DNA from: Octopus sinensis
Lineage: Eukaryota
Assembly: GCF_006345805.1 (NCBI RefSeq)
Contig: NC_043021.1
Span: forward strand, 17,546,001-17,610,000
Length of the DNA: 64,000 bases
Reading direction: 5' to 3'
The position numbers were made by a program, and so were the translations under genes. This document shows, piece by piece, positions 12,106 to 24,345 of the stretch (within the stretch, counting starts at the first letter, position 1; every line of letters starts with the position of its first letter). Under the pieces are notes generated by a model, which saw nothing but the letters and a program-made list of their open reading frames with translations, ran no database searches and was not told the origin of the DNA.

Positions 12106-13976
12106 ATATATATAATATATATATATATATGCAGAAGGATAAATATATATAGTAGAGAGAGTGGGAGGGACAGATAGATGGAGAGGGAGACGGAGAGAGC
12201 AGTGTTAAATATCTGTTAATATAGCAGGTAAAATCTACTTTCCATGGAAACAAGTTAAAATAGCGTTTACTTATGCAAGGGAGATAATTACAATGTTATT
12301 CTCTCCCTTTATAAGTGACTACTACTATAGCACATGGATTTTGTGTGCGCGTGAGTGTGTGTGCGTGTGTGTCCGTGTGTGTGTTTGTGTTTGACTGTGT
12401 GTGCGTCCCTGTGTCTATGTGTGCATGGGCTTACGTGTGTATGTATTGCAAGTGTGTGTGTTTGAGCCTGTGTGAGTGTGTATGGTTGTGTCCGTCTCTG
12501 CGTGTGTGTATATGCGGGAGTATGTTTGTGTCTGTGTGAGTGTTCATTTGTATCTGTGTTCGTGTGTGTGTGAGTGTTTGTGTCCGTGTGCCCCCTTGAC
12601 TTTTTTCTCCCCTCCCCATTCAGTTCTCAATATGAATTAGTTTTTTTTATTTTTCGATTTTGCTTCTTCATAAGTCTTAGCATTCAAGGATTCGAACTCA
12701 GAACGCAAGTAGCCAGTCTTGGGTTCCCACCCCCATCAAAAAAAAAAAAAAAAAAACTACAAATTCCGTCGAGTTCGACCATGCCTTTCATCGTGAACGA
12801 CGTAATCTTGTCCCCCTTTCATTCGTTTCGGATCGAGACAGAGCGTACCCGAATGGATGGACAGTATTTAGAATCGATATTTACAAAGCCCGTACTATCT
12901 GTCATATGAAAAACATAATCTGTTATTAGTTTAGTAAAAAATAACATCACTCAGAAAGTATCGAGTCCCTCTTTAAGAAGTTATTAAACCTCTCAAGAAC
13001 GATCTTCAATGGATTCCTCACGTTCGTTGAAGGCGGAGTAACGAACGATAGAGGAGATCCTGCTTCACGCTCAGGACTCAATACGATCTCGCATCATCGT
13101 GATGTTGTTGACCGATCAAAGGAATCGGATACCGTTGCGACACATACTTAAGAAATGATCCTTAAAAGCATGGTCTTAAATTTTAAACGCTACCCAACAA
13201 ATATATATCTCTGTAGCTGCTACAATCCTATAGTGATTTCGCAGAATACATTTAGCAAATTCAGTAATTATTGTCTTAAATAAATCTAGATCTTATCATG
13301 TATTATGGTCACCAACACCATTATAAATAGTTCTGACCATTGAAATTTAGAAAACACTCGATTTACATATATATACTGCATTGTATAAAATATATATTCT
13401 GTATTATGTAGTAGTGCCATCAGCTGTTTGTCACATCCGGTTTCGTATTTGACATGCGTTATCACTTACGAGACGAGCTGACAGAATCGTTAGCAAGCCG
13501 GACAGACTACTTAACGGCCTTTTTCTTTGTTTCTTTGTTTCTTTTTTTTTTTCGTGCTTGACGTTCTGAGTTCAAATACTGCAGAGGTAGAATTTACCGT
13601 TCATCTTTTCCGTATAAATAAATTAAATACCAGTTGATCGATAAAATCGATTTGCCCCGCATCCCAAACTTTCCGGCAGAAAGGATTATTAAAATTCATC
13701 GACATTCATTAAACATCAACCTTAATGATATTTTAAGGTTATACTATATTATGTTTACTGAACTCAAATCCCGCCGAGGTCGACAAATTAAGTACCAGTT
13801 ACGTACTGGGGTCGATCTAATCGCTTGGGAATCGATTGGACCCCCCCCCCGGACCTCACCCAAAATTTCTTGCCTTGTGCCTAGAGTAGAAAAGAATACA
13901 TCATGTTTACGCATTCCACCACCTGACGTTCAAATTCCTTCTGCGGCGAATTTACTTTTAATTTACGAAAGTCAAA
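11711..13976 (-). repeat. Right arm of 5.3-kb inverted repeat
   Basis: Reverse complement of 8676-10877. Confidence 0.95.
11765..11861 (+). ncRNA. Type I hammerhead ribozyme motif in a PLE pseudo-LTR
   Basis: CTGATGA 11777-11783; stem II GAA/TTC plus CTGCAT/ATGCAG; GAAA 11838-11841; C-ATAT-G minimal stem III; GTC cleavage triplet ending at 11849; stem I ccttgattttc/gagaataaagg. Confidence 0.75.
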
Positions 13977-14222
13977 AAAAATGTGTAATTTTAAAATATA
14001 CATATATATATATATATATATATGTTCAAACAAATATTCTTGTGTCTTAGGAGAGCCATTAACACCAATAGAAATGAACAGTGCGCGTGTTTATTATTAT
14101 TGGCACAATGACCCTCCCAAGACACAGGTGTGTGTGTGGATGAAACAGCATAACCTTCAGAACGTTAAGCAGAAAGCTTCGCGATATTTCAGGCCACTTC
14201 TGTGTGTGCGTGCGCGTGCGCG

Positions 14223-14258
<36 letters not shown>

Positions 14259-14729
14259 CTCTGTGTGTGTGTGTGTGTGTGTGTGTTTCTTCATTTATTT
14301 TCTGAAGTAAACTCTTTTTAGTTTAAAAAAAAACAAACAGTTGCCTTTCGTTTTACTTTCGAGTGTCCGGGACAAATGACGATTTTTGCCGAGTTCGCTA
14401 GTTTCACTTTCTGGTTCATAAAACGAAAGATTACTCGTAATAAAAGGCAACAACAGTGACGTAAACTACTAACACAACTAAAACCAAATCTTGAAATTAC
14501 AATATCGTAAAGGCAACAAGCTGTCAGAACCGTTAACCCGCCGGGCAAAACGCTTAGCGGCATTTCGTCTGTCTGTACGTTCTGGGTCCAAATTCAGCGG
14601 AGGTCGACTTTGACTTGAATCCTTTCGGGGTCGATTAAATAAGGACCAGTTGAACATTGCTGTTGATGTAATCGACTTCGTCCCACCCCAAAAATTACTG
14701 GCCTTGTACCAACTTTGAAATCATTATAA

Positions 14730-14891
14730 GCGCAGGAGTGGCTGTGTGGTAAGTAGCTTGCTTACCAACCACATGGTTCCGGGTTCAGTCCCACTGCGTG
14801 GCACCTTGGGCAAGTGTCTTCTACTATAGCCTCGGGCCAACCAAAGCCTTGTGAGTGGATTTGGTAGATGGAAACTGAAAGAAGTCCGTCG

Positions 14892-14922
<31 letters not shown>

Positions 14923-15033
14923 CTGTGTCTGTGTTTGTCCCCCTAGCATTGCTTGACAACCGATGTTGGTGTGTTTATGTCCCCGTCACTTAGCGGTTCG
15001 GCAAAAGAGACCGATAGAATAAGTACTGGGCTT
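14730..15033 (+). mobile_element. SINE family A, 3' truncated
   Basis: Family head and body. Confidence 0.88.
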
Positions 15034-15054
15034 ATACACCTTTTCATTTACATG

Positions 15055-15438
15055 TGGAGGCGCAATGGCCCAGTGGTTAGGGCAGCGGACTCGCGGTCAT
15101 AGGATCGCGGTTTCGATTCCCAGACCGGGCGTTGTGAGTGTTTATTGAGCGAAAACACCTATAAGTTCCACGAGGCTCCGGCAGGGGATGGTAGTGATCC
15201 CTGCTGTACTCTTTCACCACAACTTTCTCTCACTCTTACTTCCTCTTTCTGTTGTACCTGTATTTCAAAGGGCCGGCCTTGTCACTCTCTGTGTCACGCT
15301 GAATATCCCCGAGAACTACGTTAAGGGTACACGTGTCTGTGGAGTGCTCAGCCACTTACACGTTAATTTCACAAGCAGGCTGTTCCGTTGATTCGGATCA
15401 ACCGGAACCCTCGTCGTCGTAACCGACGGAGTGCTTCC
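15055..15438 (+). mobile_element. tRNA-derived SINE family C
   Basis: Head gtggaggcgcaatggcccagtggttaggg, B box, 3' end gagtgcttcca. Confidence 0.9.
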
Positions 15439-15660
15439 ATCCATTTTCATTTACATAGCTTCACGTGTTTAAGGTGAAAATTCGTTTAAAAAAATAAATC
15501 GGAATTTGAAGAATTTAAATGTTGTTTCATGAAATACATTAAAAGATTAGTTTGTATTTTGCATAAAACCTTCCTGTCCTGTCACTGTCTCTTGAAGAGT
15601 AACCTGATGCAGTTCACCCTTCCTGGGTACCCCAACGATGCCAATGAAAGGCTACATACT

Positions 15661-15925
15661 CTTACTCTCTTTTACTCTTTTACTTGCTTCAATCATTTGA
15701 CTGCGGCCATGCCTTTTAGTCGAGCAAATCGACCCCGGGACTTATTCTTGGTAAGCCCAGTACTTATTCTATCGTTCTCTTTTTTGCCGAACCGCTAAGT
15801 ACGGGGGCGTAAACACACCAGCATCGGTTGTCAAGCGATGTTGGGGACAAACACACACACACATATATATATATAATATATATAGATATATATATATATG
15901 TAATATATATAATAGATATATATCT

Positions 15926-16016
<91 letters not shown>

Positions 16017-16022
16017 GTATAT

Positions 16023-16053
<31 letters not shown>

Positions 16054-16123
16054 GTGTATATTATATATATGATATGTAGTATATATATATAATATAGTAT
16101 ATATATATGTATATGTATATATA

Positions 16124-16155
<32 letters not shown>

Positions 16156-16222
16156 TGTATATATCATATATATCACACAGGTATATATATATGTATATAT
16201 ATATATATCACACAGGTATATT

Positions 16223-16259
<37 letters not shown>

Positions 16260-16350
16260 GACGGGCTTCTTTCAGTTTCCGTCTACCAAATCCACTCACA
16301 AGGCTTTGGTCGGCCTGAGGCTATAGTAGAAGACACTTGCCCAAGGTGCC
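15661..16350 (-). mobile_element. SINE family A with about 400-bp internal TA-rich expansion
   Basis: Family tail at 15661-15850 and body at 16258-16350 separated by a (TA)-rich tract. Confidence 0.85.
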
Positions 16351-16602
16351 ACTGTGGACAGTGAAGGTGTAATCTGAAATCGGGTTCAATACACTACAGG
16401 GCTGTAATTTGAAATCGGTTTTAGATTTCAAAGTGGTCACTTAAATTGAGGAGGTAACTTGAGATCTTAGCACCGGTGTGGTTCATTAAGGGAGATAATT
16501 CTGATTACCGTTTAGCGGTAGTTATCGTCCCTGATTCACCTCTACATGGAGAGTGGTGTTCCTCCGTCTGGTCGTCCTTGTATCAAGGTTGACCCCACGA
16601 AG

Positions 16603-16781
16603 ATGTTCTCCCGTTGTATCTTCCCCCGCCATTTACAGCAGGTCACTTTACAGATTAGAACACTGTCCCTTACTTCATCACAGACATGTTGCAAAAGCTC
16701 AGAAGAGCTGCGTACATTTAACAGCAGCACAACAACTCTTTATTCTTCGCATCAAACACAAATCTCTGTTCAACGAACCTC
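16603..16781 (+). CDS. MRPL47: MRPL47 exon 1, mitochondrial presequence-like
   Basis: MFSRCIFPRHLQQVTLQIRTLSLTSS..., Arg/Ser/Thr-rich and poor in acidic residues; donor TC|GTGAGT in phase 2 matches exon 2; in-frame upstream ATG at 16546. Confidence 0.75.
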
Positions 16782-17189
16782 GTGAGTAAGATTTTGGGAA
16801 TTATATTTTGTAATTTTATCTATCCTGTATACCTGTGTTATATATATAATATATATAATATTATATATATATATTAATATATAATATATAGCTATTAAGT
16901 TAGACATGGCCTGGACCAATCTTTGGTCGAAACATATCTAAGTTTATATATATATATATATACACAACGACCTCGAACACACAGTGCAAACAAGGGAGTC
17001 AGAGAAAGGCAGAATGCCACTTATATCTGAACACTACTATAGAAATATTCCCTTAAAAAAACTTTTCTTCTAATTTTTCTAAATTTAATTATTTAATCGT
17101 TACAGTTGAAAAGGTCTCAAAATGACCGAAACCGGTACTGAAAGATTCACTATAAAATTATTTTAGCATTTTCTATTTTTGACTTGTTT

Positions 17190-17232
<43 letters not shown>

Positions 17233-17515
17233 ACCAATTAAGGACTGAACACGAAAAGTGGACAGTCAACATGCTAGATATAGACGTCAAATATGTGATG
17301 AGTTTGATTTGAGAACATAATCTTTTGGAGAATGGCGATTTGACGTCTATATCTAGCATGTTGACTGTCCACTTTTCGTGTTCAGTCCTTAATTGGTATA
17401 TATAAATATTTAATCTTCGGATTCTTTTTTTAATATGCTAGAGCACTGGTTTTAATTGATAAATATTGATTTCTACCCTCAATTAATTTTATATATATAT
17501 ACATATATATATATA

Positions 17516-17745
17516 CTTTATTTAAAGCAGCAGAAAATTCAACAAAAACCTGTTACTCTGAGTTTCACGTTGCCGTTCGTCGGACAGTTTTTGCTTGAAA
17601 AAACTGTCCGATGAACGGCAACGGGAAACTCAGAGTAACAGGTTTTGTTGAATTTTCTGTTGCTTTAAATAAAGCATATTACTCTACCACTGGTATTTGA
17701 GTACTCTTTTTTCCACCTTGTTTGACATTTATGTGTTTACTCCGG
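17516..17745. mobile_element. Second copy of the fold-back hammerhead-like element
   Basis: Matches 724-980; hairpin arms about 17516-17592 and 17598-17674; flanked by (TA)n. Confidence 0.65.
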
Positions 17746-18135
17746 TATATATAAATATATATATATATATATATTACAACATTTTATATAGAGTTACCTA
17801 ATATTTCGCAACCCACAAAACCCAAGCCTTGTTATATGTCATGCCTTTTTATTAACTATATATATATATAATGTGCGTGTGTGTGTGATTGCAATAATAA
17901 TAACCCTTTCTACTATAGGCACAAGGCCTGAAATTTGTTGGGAGGGGACTAGCTGATGATATCGACCCCAGTGTTTCACTGGTATTTAACTTATCCACCC
18001 GGAAAGGATGAAAAGCAACGTCGACCTGGGAAGAATTTGAACTCAGAAGGTAGCAACAGATGAAATGCCGCAAAGCATTTTGCCCGGCGTGCTAACGATT
18101 CTGCCAGCTCGCCATGCAGTATTAATAATAATAAC

Positions 18136-18790
18136 GGTACTACTTAAGAAGAGTGGTCCCGGTGCGCGCACTCGCATACTCACGCATCCGCGCTAGCTAG
18201 TCGTGACTTACTTTGTGTTTTTGTTTTATTTACTTTGTTAAAAAAAATTTACTTCGTGTTTTTGTGTTTTACTCTTTACACTCTTTTACTCTTTTCAGTC
18301 ATTTGACTGCGGCCATGCTGGAGCACCGCCTTTAGTCGAGCAAATATTCTTTGTAAGCCCAGTACTTATTCTATCGGTCTCTTTCTATCGGGGACGTAAA
18401 CACACCAGCATCGGTTGTCAAGCAATGCTAGGGGGACAAACACAGACACACACACACACATATATATGTATATATACATATACATATACACGACAGGCTT
18501 CTTTCAGTTTCCGCCTACCAAATCCACTCACAAGGCATTGGTCGGCCTGAGGCTATAGTAGAAGACACTTGCCCAAGATGCCACGCAGTGGGACTGAACC
18601 CGGAACCATGTGGTTGGTAAGCAAGCTACTTACCATGCAGCCACTCCAGCGCCTTTATTTACTTTCTTTTAAAAAATTATTTATTTTGTGTTTTATTTAC
18701 TTTTACTAGATAGTCGTAGGATCGACTAGTCATGACTAGCTAGCGCGGATACGCGAGTGCGCGCACTGGGACCACTTCTTAAGTAGTACC
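18136..18790. mobile_element. TIR element with nested SINE-A (18272-18653, minus strand)
   Basis: About 65-bp inverted termini GGTACTACTTAAGAAG...CTTCTTAAGTAGTACC. Confidence 0.8.
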
Positions 18791-18848
18791 ATTATATGTT
18801 ATGTCTTTTTATTAGCTATATATATATATATATAAATAAAATATATAT

Positions 18849-19000
18849 AGGCGCAGGAGTGGCTGTGTGGTAAGTAGCTTGCTTACCAACCACATGGTTC
18901 CGGGTTCAGTCCCACTGCATGGCACCTTGGACAAGTGTTTTCTACTATAGCCTCGGGCCGAGTGGATTTGGTAGACGGAAACTGAAGGAAGCCTGTCGTA

Positions 19001-19047
<47 letters not shown>

Positions 19048-19238
19048 TTGTGCATGTGTTTGTCCCCCCAACATCGCTTGACAACCGATGCTGGTGTGCT
19101 TACGTCCCCGTAACTTAGCGGTTCGGCAAAAGAGACCGATAGAATAAGTACTGGGCTTACAAAGAATAAGTCCTAGGGTTTATTTGCTCGACTAAAGGCG
19201 GTGCTCCAGCATGGCCGCAATCAAATGACTGAAACAAG
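18849..19238 (+). mobile_element. SINE family A
   Basis: Full head to gaaacaagtaaaagag tail. Confidence 0.9.
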
Positions 19239-19518
19239 TAAAAGAGTATATATATAATGTGTGTGAGAGTACAGTAATGATCCTTTCTACTATAGGCACA
19301 AGGCCTGAAATTTGGGGGGAGGGGACTAGCTGATGGCATCGACCTCAGTGTTTTACTGGTATTTAATTTATTGACCCGGAAAGGATGAAAGGCAACGTCG
19401 ACCTGGGAAGAATTTTAACTCAGAAGGTAGCAACAGACGAAATACCGCTAAGCATTTTGCCCGGCGCTCTAACGATTCTGCCAGCTCGCCATGCAGTAAT
19501 AATAATAACAATAATAAT

Positions 19519-19907
19519 AGGCGCAGGAGTGGCTGTGTGGTAAGTAGGTTGTTTACCAACCACATGGTTCCGGGTTCAGTCCAACTGCGTGGCACCTTGG
19601 GCAAGTGTCTTCTACTATAGCCTCGGGCCGACCAAAGCCTTGTGAGTGAATTTGGTAGACGGAAACTGAAAGAAGCCCGTCGTATATATGTATGTATATA
19701 TATATATGTGTGTCTGTGTTTGTCCCCCTAGTATTGCTTGACAACTGATGCTGGTGTGTTTACGTCTCCATTACTTAGCAGTTTGGCAAAAGAGACCGAT
19801 AGAATAAATACTAGGCTTACAAAAGAATAGTTCCGGCGTCGATTTGCTCGATTAAAGGCGGTGCTCCAGCATGGCCACAGTCAAATGACTGAAACAAGTA
19901 AAAGAGA
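19519..19907 (+). mobile_element. SINE family A
   Basis: Full head to tail, inserted in (AAT)n. Confidence 0.9.
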
Positions 19908-21289
19908 ATAATAATAATGAGCTTATTGTACAAAGTGCGAAGATGTACCACAAGTCGCCTGAGAAGAGTAACAAACGGGTGCCGAAGTCATAAAGAGGAA
20001 ATGGTGCATGTCAGGAGTTGAGAAGCGTGAATAAGACTTGTGAATGGATTTGGTAGACGGAAACTGAAAGAAGCCCATCATATATATATCTATCCCTCTA
20101 ACGTTTGACCTCCGATCTCTGACTTCTCCTGAAATCAGAACGCCATGTTGGATCGTTAGCCCCTACACACAATTTTTTTCTTTCCTTGTTTCTTTTCTGT
20201 GTATCTTTCTGTCGAAGAGCGTAGGCTCAAATCATAAAAGACTTGTTTTATTTATATTCCTGAGCGCTATACTAATACAATTGTTTGTTTGTACTCCACC
20301 TGCCTTCGTCTTTTGTTTATTTTCGTAAACCTTCCCGTTATATATATATATAGAGAGAGAGAGAGGTTATGAGAGGTAATAGTGTCAATAAGACCCAAAG
20401 GTGTCAGATAATGCTGAGTAAGTGCTATGGACTTTAAATAAACCCTAGATTCAACAGCACTGTGTACAAACTCTATACTTGGAATGACCAATTTTAAATA
20501 CTTCTGGAATACTTCTTCAATTCTCTATTTCATATCTTATCTAAATTAACTATTGCTTAACCATTTTCTCACACCGTCTCCGATGAAGGGATATAAAAAA
20601 ATCCCAGTTCAAATTCCACCAAGGTCGATTTTACCTTTCAGGGTTGATAAATTAAGTACCAGTCATGTACTGGGGTCAATGTAATCAACTATTCTCCTCC
20701 CCTCAAATCTCAGGCCTTGTGCCTATAATAGAAAGGATTTGGAGTCTGGTGTGTGTAAAGATGGTTCTATTTAAGGCATTCTACTGAATCTTGCACAAGA
20801 CGTGGGCTGTTCCAAGATGAGCTATTTTGTGGGGGAGGCAGTGTGAAGTGTTGTGAACTCTGCTTCTGTGTTCCTTTCCATTTTTTTTTTTATAGAACCT
20901 AATGCTCCAAAGATGGCAGGCTGATAGAATTCTTACAGTGTCATGGGGTATTTGTTCTGGATTTCTATGTTCTAAGTTTAAATCCGAGTTCAAATTCCAC
21001 CAAGGTCGATTTTACCTTTCAGGGTCAACCTTGCTTTTCATTCTTCCAATTCTATAAAACAGATGACTGATCAAATTCTGGAGTCAATGTAATTGACTAA
21101 ACCCCCTCCCCTCAAATTTCAGGCTTTTTTTTTTGTTTTTTTTTTTTTTGCAAGAAATTATTATAGAGCATCAAATTAACAATTAACATTATCTATCAAA
21201 CAAAGAAGAAATGCTTTCCAACATCTGTTCCCGCTCAGTTTTGTGTTCAAACCCTGCTGGGGTCAGCTTTGCTTTTTATCCTTCTAGGG

Positions 21290-21707
21290 CAGTGCTTTTC
21301 AAACTTTTTGCTGGAGCGGAATCCCAAGGAAACATTTCACTGGCTCGGGGAACCCCTGTGCAATAATTTAATAGTCTTATGCACGCATATCTCAATTCTT
21401 TATTGCCCACAAGGGGCTAAACATAGAGGGGACAAACAAGGACAGACAAAGGGATTAGGTCGATTACATCGACCCCAGTGCGTAACTGGTACTTAACTTA
21501 TCGACCCCAAAAGGATGAAAGGCAAAGTCGACCTTGGCGGAATTTGAACTCAGAACGTAATGGCAGACGAAATACTGCAAGCATTGCGCCCGGCATGCTA
21601 ACGATTCTGCATAGGAAAATTAAAAATTACTGCCGATTTTAGCAGTTTTGTAACTTCTCACGGAACCCCTGGACTGTACTGGCGGAACCCTGGTTAAAAA
21701 ACCACTG
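21290..21707. mobile_element. hAT (Charlie-like) MITE with nested SINE-B
   Basis: TIR CAGTGCTTTTCAA/AAAACCACTG; 8-bp TSD ttctaggg on both sides. Confidence 0.9.
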
Positions 21708-21831
21708 TTCTAGGGGGTCAGTATAACCAGCTAACTCCTTCCTTTCAAAATTGCTGACCTTTTGTACCTAATTCAGAAACAGTCATCAATATTATTAGAT
21801 TTATTTCATTTCCCTAATTTGAACAGCTTAA

Positions 21832-22770
21832 CCCTTTCGTTACTGTATTTATTTTGAGATGTTCTGTGTTTCTTTCAATTACTTTAACCCTTTAGTGTTT
21901 AAACCAGCTATATCTGGCCCAAATATTCTACTCATTTTATGCTCAAACTGGCTAGAACCAGTATCTCACACCTACCCTGCAATGTAATTCTAAAAATAAA
22001 CAGTTACATCTTTCAAATCTTGAAGCTACAAGATAATACCAGATTAATTTTTTAAATGTAAATGAATAAGGATTACTTCTGACATATTAATTTGAACACT
22101 AAAGGGTTAAATATAACAAAGAATTTAGTAAAATAACTTAGTTATCATTAAGCTTGTATTAGGAACATAAATTGTGACTAAGGTTTGGTGGAAGATTTTA
22201 ATTTAAAACTTATGAAAACAAGACATTTGTACTACAGAGCCAGTTTCAGCTGGGTTGATAATGAAAGGGTGAAGAATTGTTTCTCTATTATATATTTTAA
22301 CCCTTTTGTTACCATATTTCTTTTGAGATGCTCTGTGTTTCTTTCAATTACTTTTAAATAAAACAAAGAATTTAGTAAAATAACTTTGGTATCATTCAGC
22401 TAGTGTTAGGAACATAAATTGTGACTAAGGTTTGGTGGAAGATTTTAATTCAAAACTTATGAAAACAAGACATTTGTACTACAGAGCCAGAGCTGGTTTC
22501 TGCCAGGTTGGTATCAAAAGGGTTAGAATTGTTTCTCTGTTATATATTTTAGCCCTTTTGTTACCATATTTCTGTTGAGATGCTCTGTGCTTCTTTCAAT
22601 TAATTTTAAATATAACAAAGAATTTTGTAAAATAACTTAGTTATCATTAAGCTTGTATTAGGAACATAAATTGTGACTAAGGTTTGGTGGAAGATTTTAA
22701 TTGAAACCTTAAGAAAACAAGACATTTGTACAACAGAGCCAGAGCCGGGTTGGTAACAGAAATGTTAAAG
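21832..22770. mobile_element. piggyBac-like MITE array: three tandem units, the first with a nested TTAA-flanked MITE (21888-22106)
   Basis: TTAA-CCCTTT...AAAGGG-TTAA termini; about 250-bp units starting at 21832, 22301 and 22553. Confidence 0.7.
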
Positions 22771-22800
22771 TTAAATGTTTTGTCTTTTTTTTCTCCACAG

Positions 22801-22913
22801 AAACTGTCAGCACAGCCTTTCCGTTCGATCTCTGCACACAACTCCACCATGTTCCGATCTCATGGAATTCTTTGATGACAAAAAGAACTGGGGGAAAGAA
22901 ACCATCTCAACTG
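22801..22913 (+). CDS. MRPL47: MRPL47 exon 2
   Basis: Polypyrimidine acceptor ttttctccacag; encodes ...DLMEFFDDKKNWGKETIST, matching the MRPL47 EFFDDxKNWG motif; donor G|GTGAGT. Confidence 0.95.
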
Positions 22914-22947
22914 GTGAGTCTTTTTTTTTTTTTTTTTTTACTCTAAA

Positions 22948-23447
22948 TCTATATATCACACAACTGTAGTTGTGTGAGTGTCTGTCCCCTTCGATTTAGA
23001 TTCCTAACTCCTCCCACATTTTGCGGTGCAGTTTAACCAAATTCGGGTATCTTATAGTCGTGATTCATGTCGAGTCCGTCTGGCTATTAGCGCGCGTGTA
23101 TGATGAGTCTACGATTTTAAAAATAATTTAACATCATTTTTTATTCCATTTTAATGCATAATTTTTCGTGTGTCGATGGCGGCGGAGTTGGCGTCCATGG
23201 TCACACCTGCACCTGTTTGCTTCTCCCCCTTCTTCCCTCCCTCGTGAAGCTGTAAGGAAATCAACGTCGTAAAGCGTTGTCAAGGAGACCAGCGTTCTTT
23301 TAGAACAACGACTTCATGGCTTGAAGACACCAAAACAGAAATGGCTAAGAAAGCCCGAATTGGCATCTATAAGGGGAGTAACTCTCTAAAAATGCTTATA
23401 TAGTTATTTCCCTTACAAACCCGAGCAACGCCGGGCGATACTGCTAG
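22948..23447 (+). mobile_element. Non-autonomous Helitron
   Basis: 5' TC after A; 3' hairpin cccgagcaacgccggg then CTAG|T; no TSD; related copy at 34153. Confidence 0.85.
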
Positions 23448-24029
23448 TTAGAAATAAATTGGAATTTAATAAAACATTTTTGGAAAAATTTTATATTCTT
23501 TAATTGGCCAAAGTAATAATTCCTGACCTCATTGATTGATTTAGATCTTCAACCAGGGTTTGTGGCCCGTGCATCATCATCATCACCACCACCACCATTA
23601 TCTGTAAATGGAGGTTTGGTGATTTTTGTGGCTCCTCCCAACATCTTTCTCCCTCTTTACCTTACCTTTCTCTCAACAAGGAGACTCCTTTACTAGCAAA
23701 TGTAGGTGTGGTCTGTCGATAACTCCTCCCACCATCACTTTCCTTCATCAGCAAATATAGGTGTGGTCAGACTATGACACATCCTCATCAGTAGATATTG
23801 TTTATAAGAAAAAAATAACCTGGTAATACTGAGGGTGAACTGCCATCATTCACCACCACTGACCATCCACCCCAGTTGTTGGCAGCAGATAATATTCAAA
23901 GCCCCATCATCCATCACCACCAAGCTACCTTCGTTGTGACCTTCATCCATCTCACCTTAGATTTATTCTAAAGAATAAAATAAATTTTGCAATGAAGTTA
24001 GAATGCTGACTTTGGTTCTTGTATTCCAG

Positions 24030-24090
24030 GACGTCCGTGGCACCTGGCAGAATTGAGACTGAAAAGCAATGAAGACTTGCACAAATTATG
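24030..24090 (+). CDS. MRPL47: MRPL47 exon 3
   Basis: GRPWHLAELRLKSNEDLHKLW (uL29-family KSNEDLHKLW motif); ccag acceptor, gtaagt donor, phases fit. Confidence 0.97.
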
Positions 24091-24345
24091 GTAAGTTCTT
24101 GATTCTCTCTGAAGACTTTGACTGTAAAAGCTTCCCAGAACGAACATTGCTGGGATAATCTAGGATTAACTCTTTAGCCATTCAGATTTTTCTTTCAAAT
24201 TCTGTAATTCTTATTTATTCACATTGTTTTGAATTATCTGTTGTCTTGTAGCTTTTGAGATTTCAATGATGTGATTATTTAGTTAGAGAATGACATTGTT
24301 GGGTAGGTGTGAGAGGCTGGATCTGGTCAGTTTGAATGTAAAGCA

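Noticed and set aside
15055-15130. tRNA-like sequence with A and B boxes
   Set aside because: It is the head of a multi-copy SINE and continues into the SINE body; not a tRNA gene
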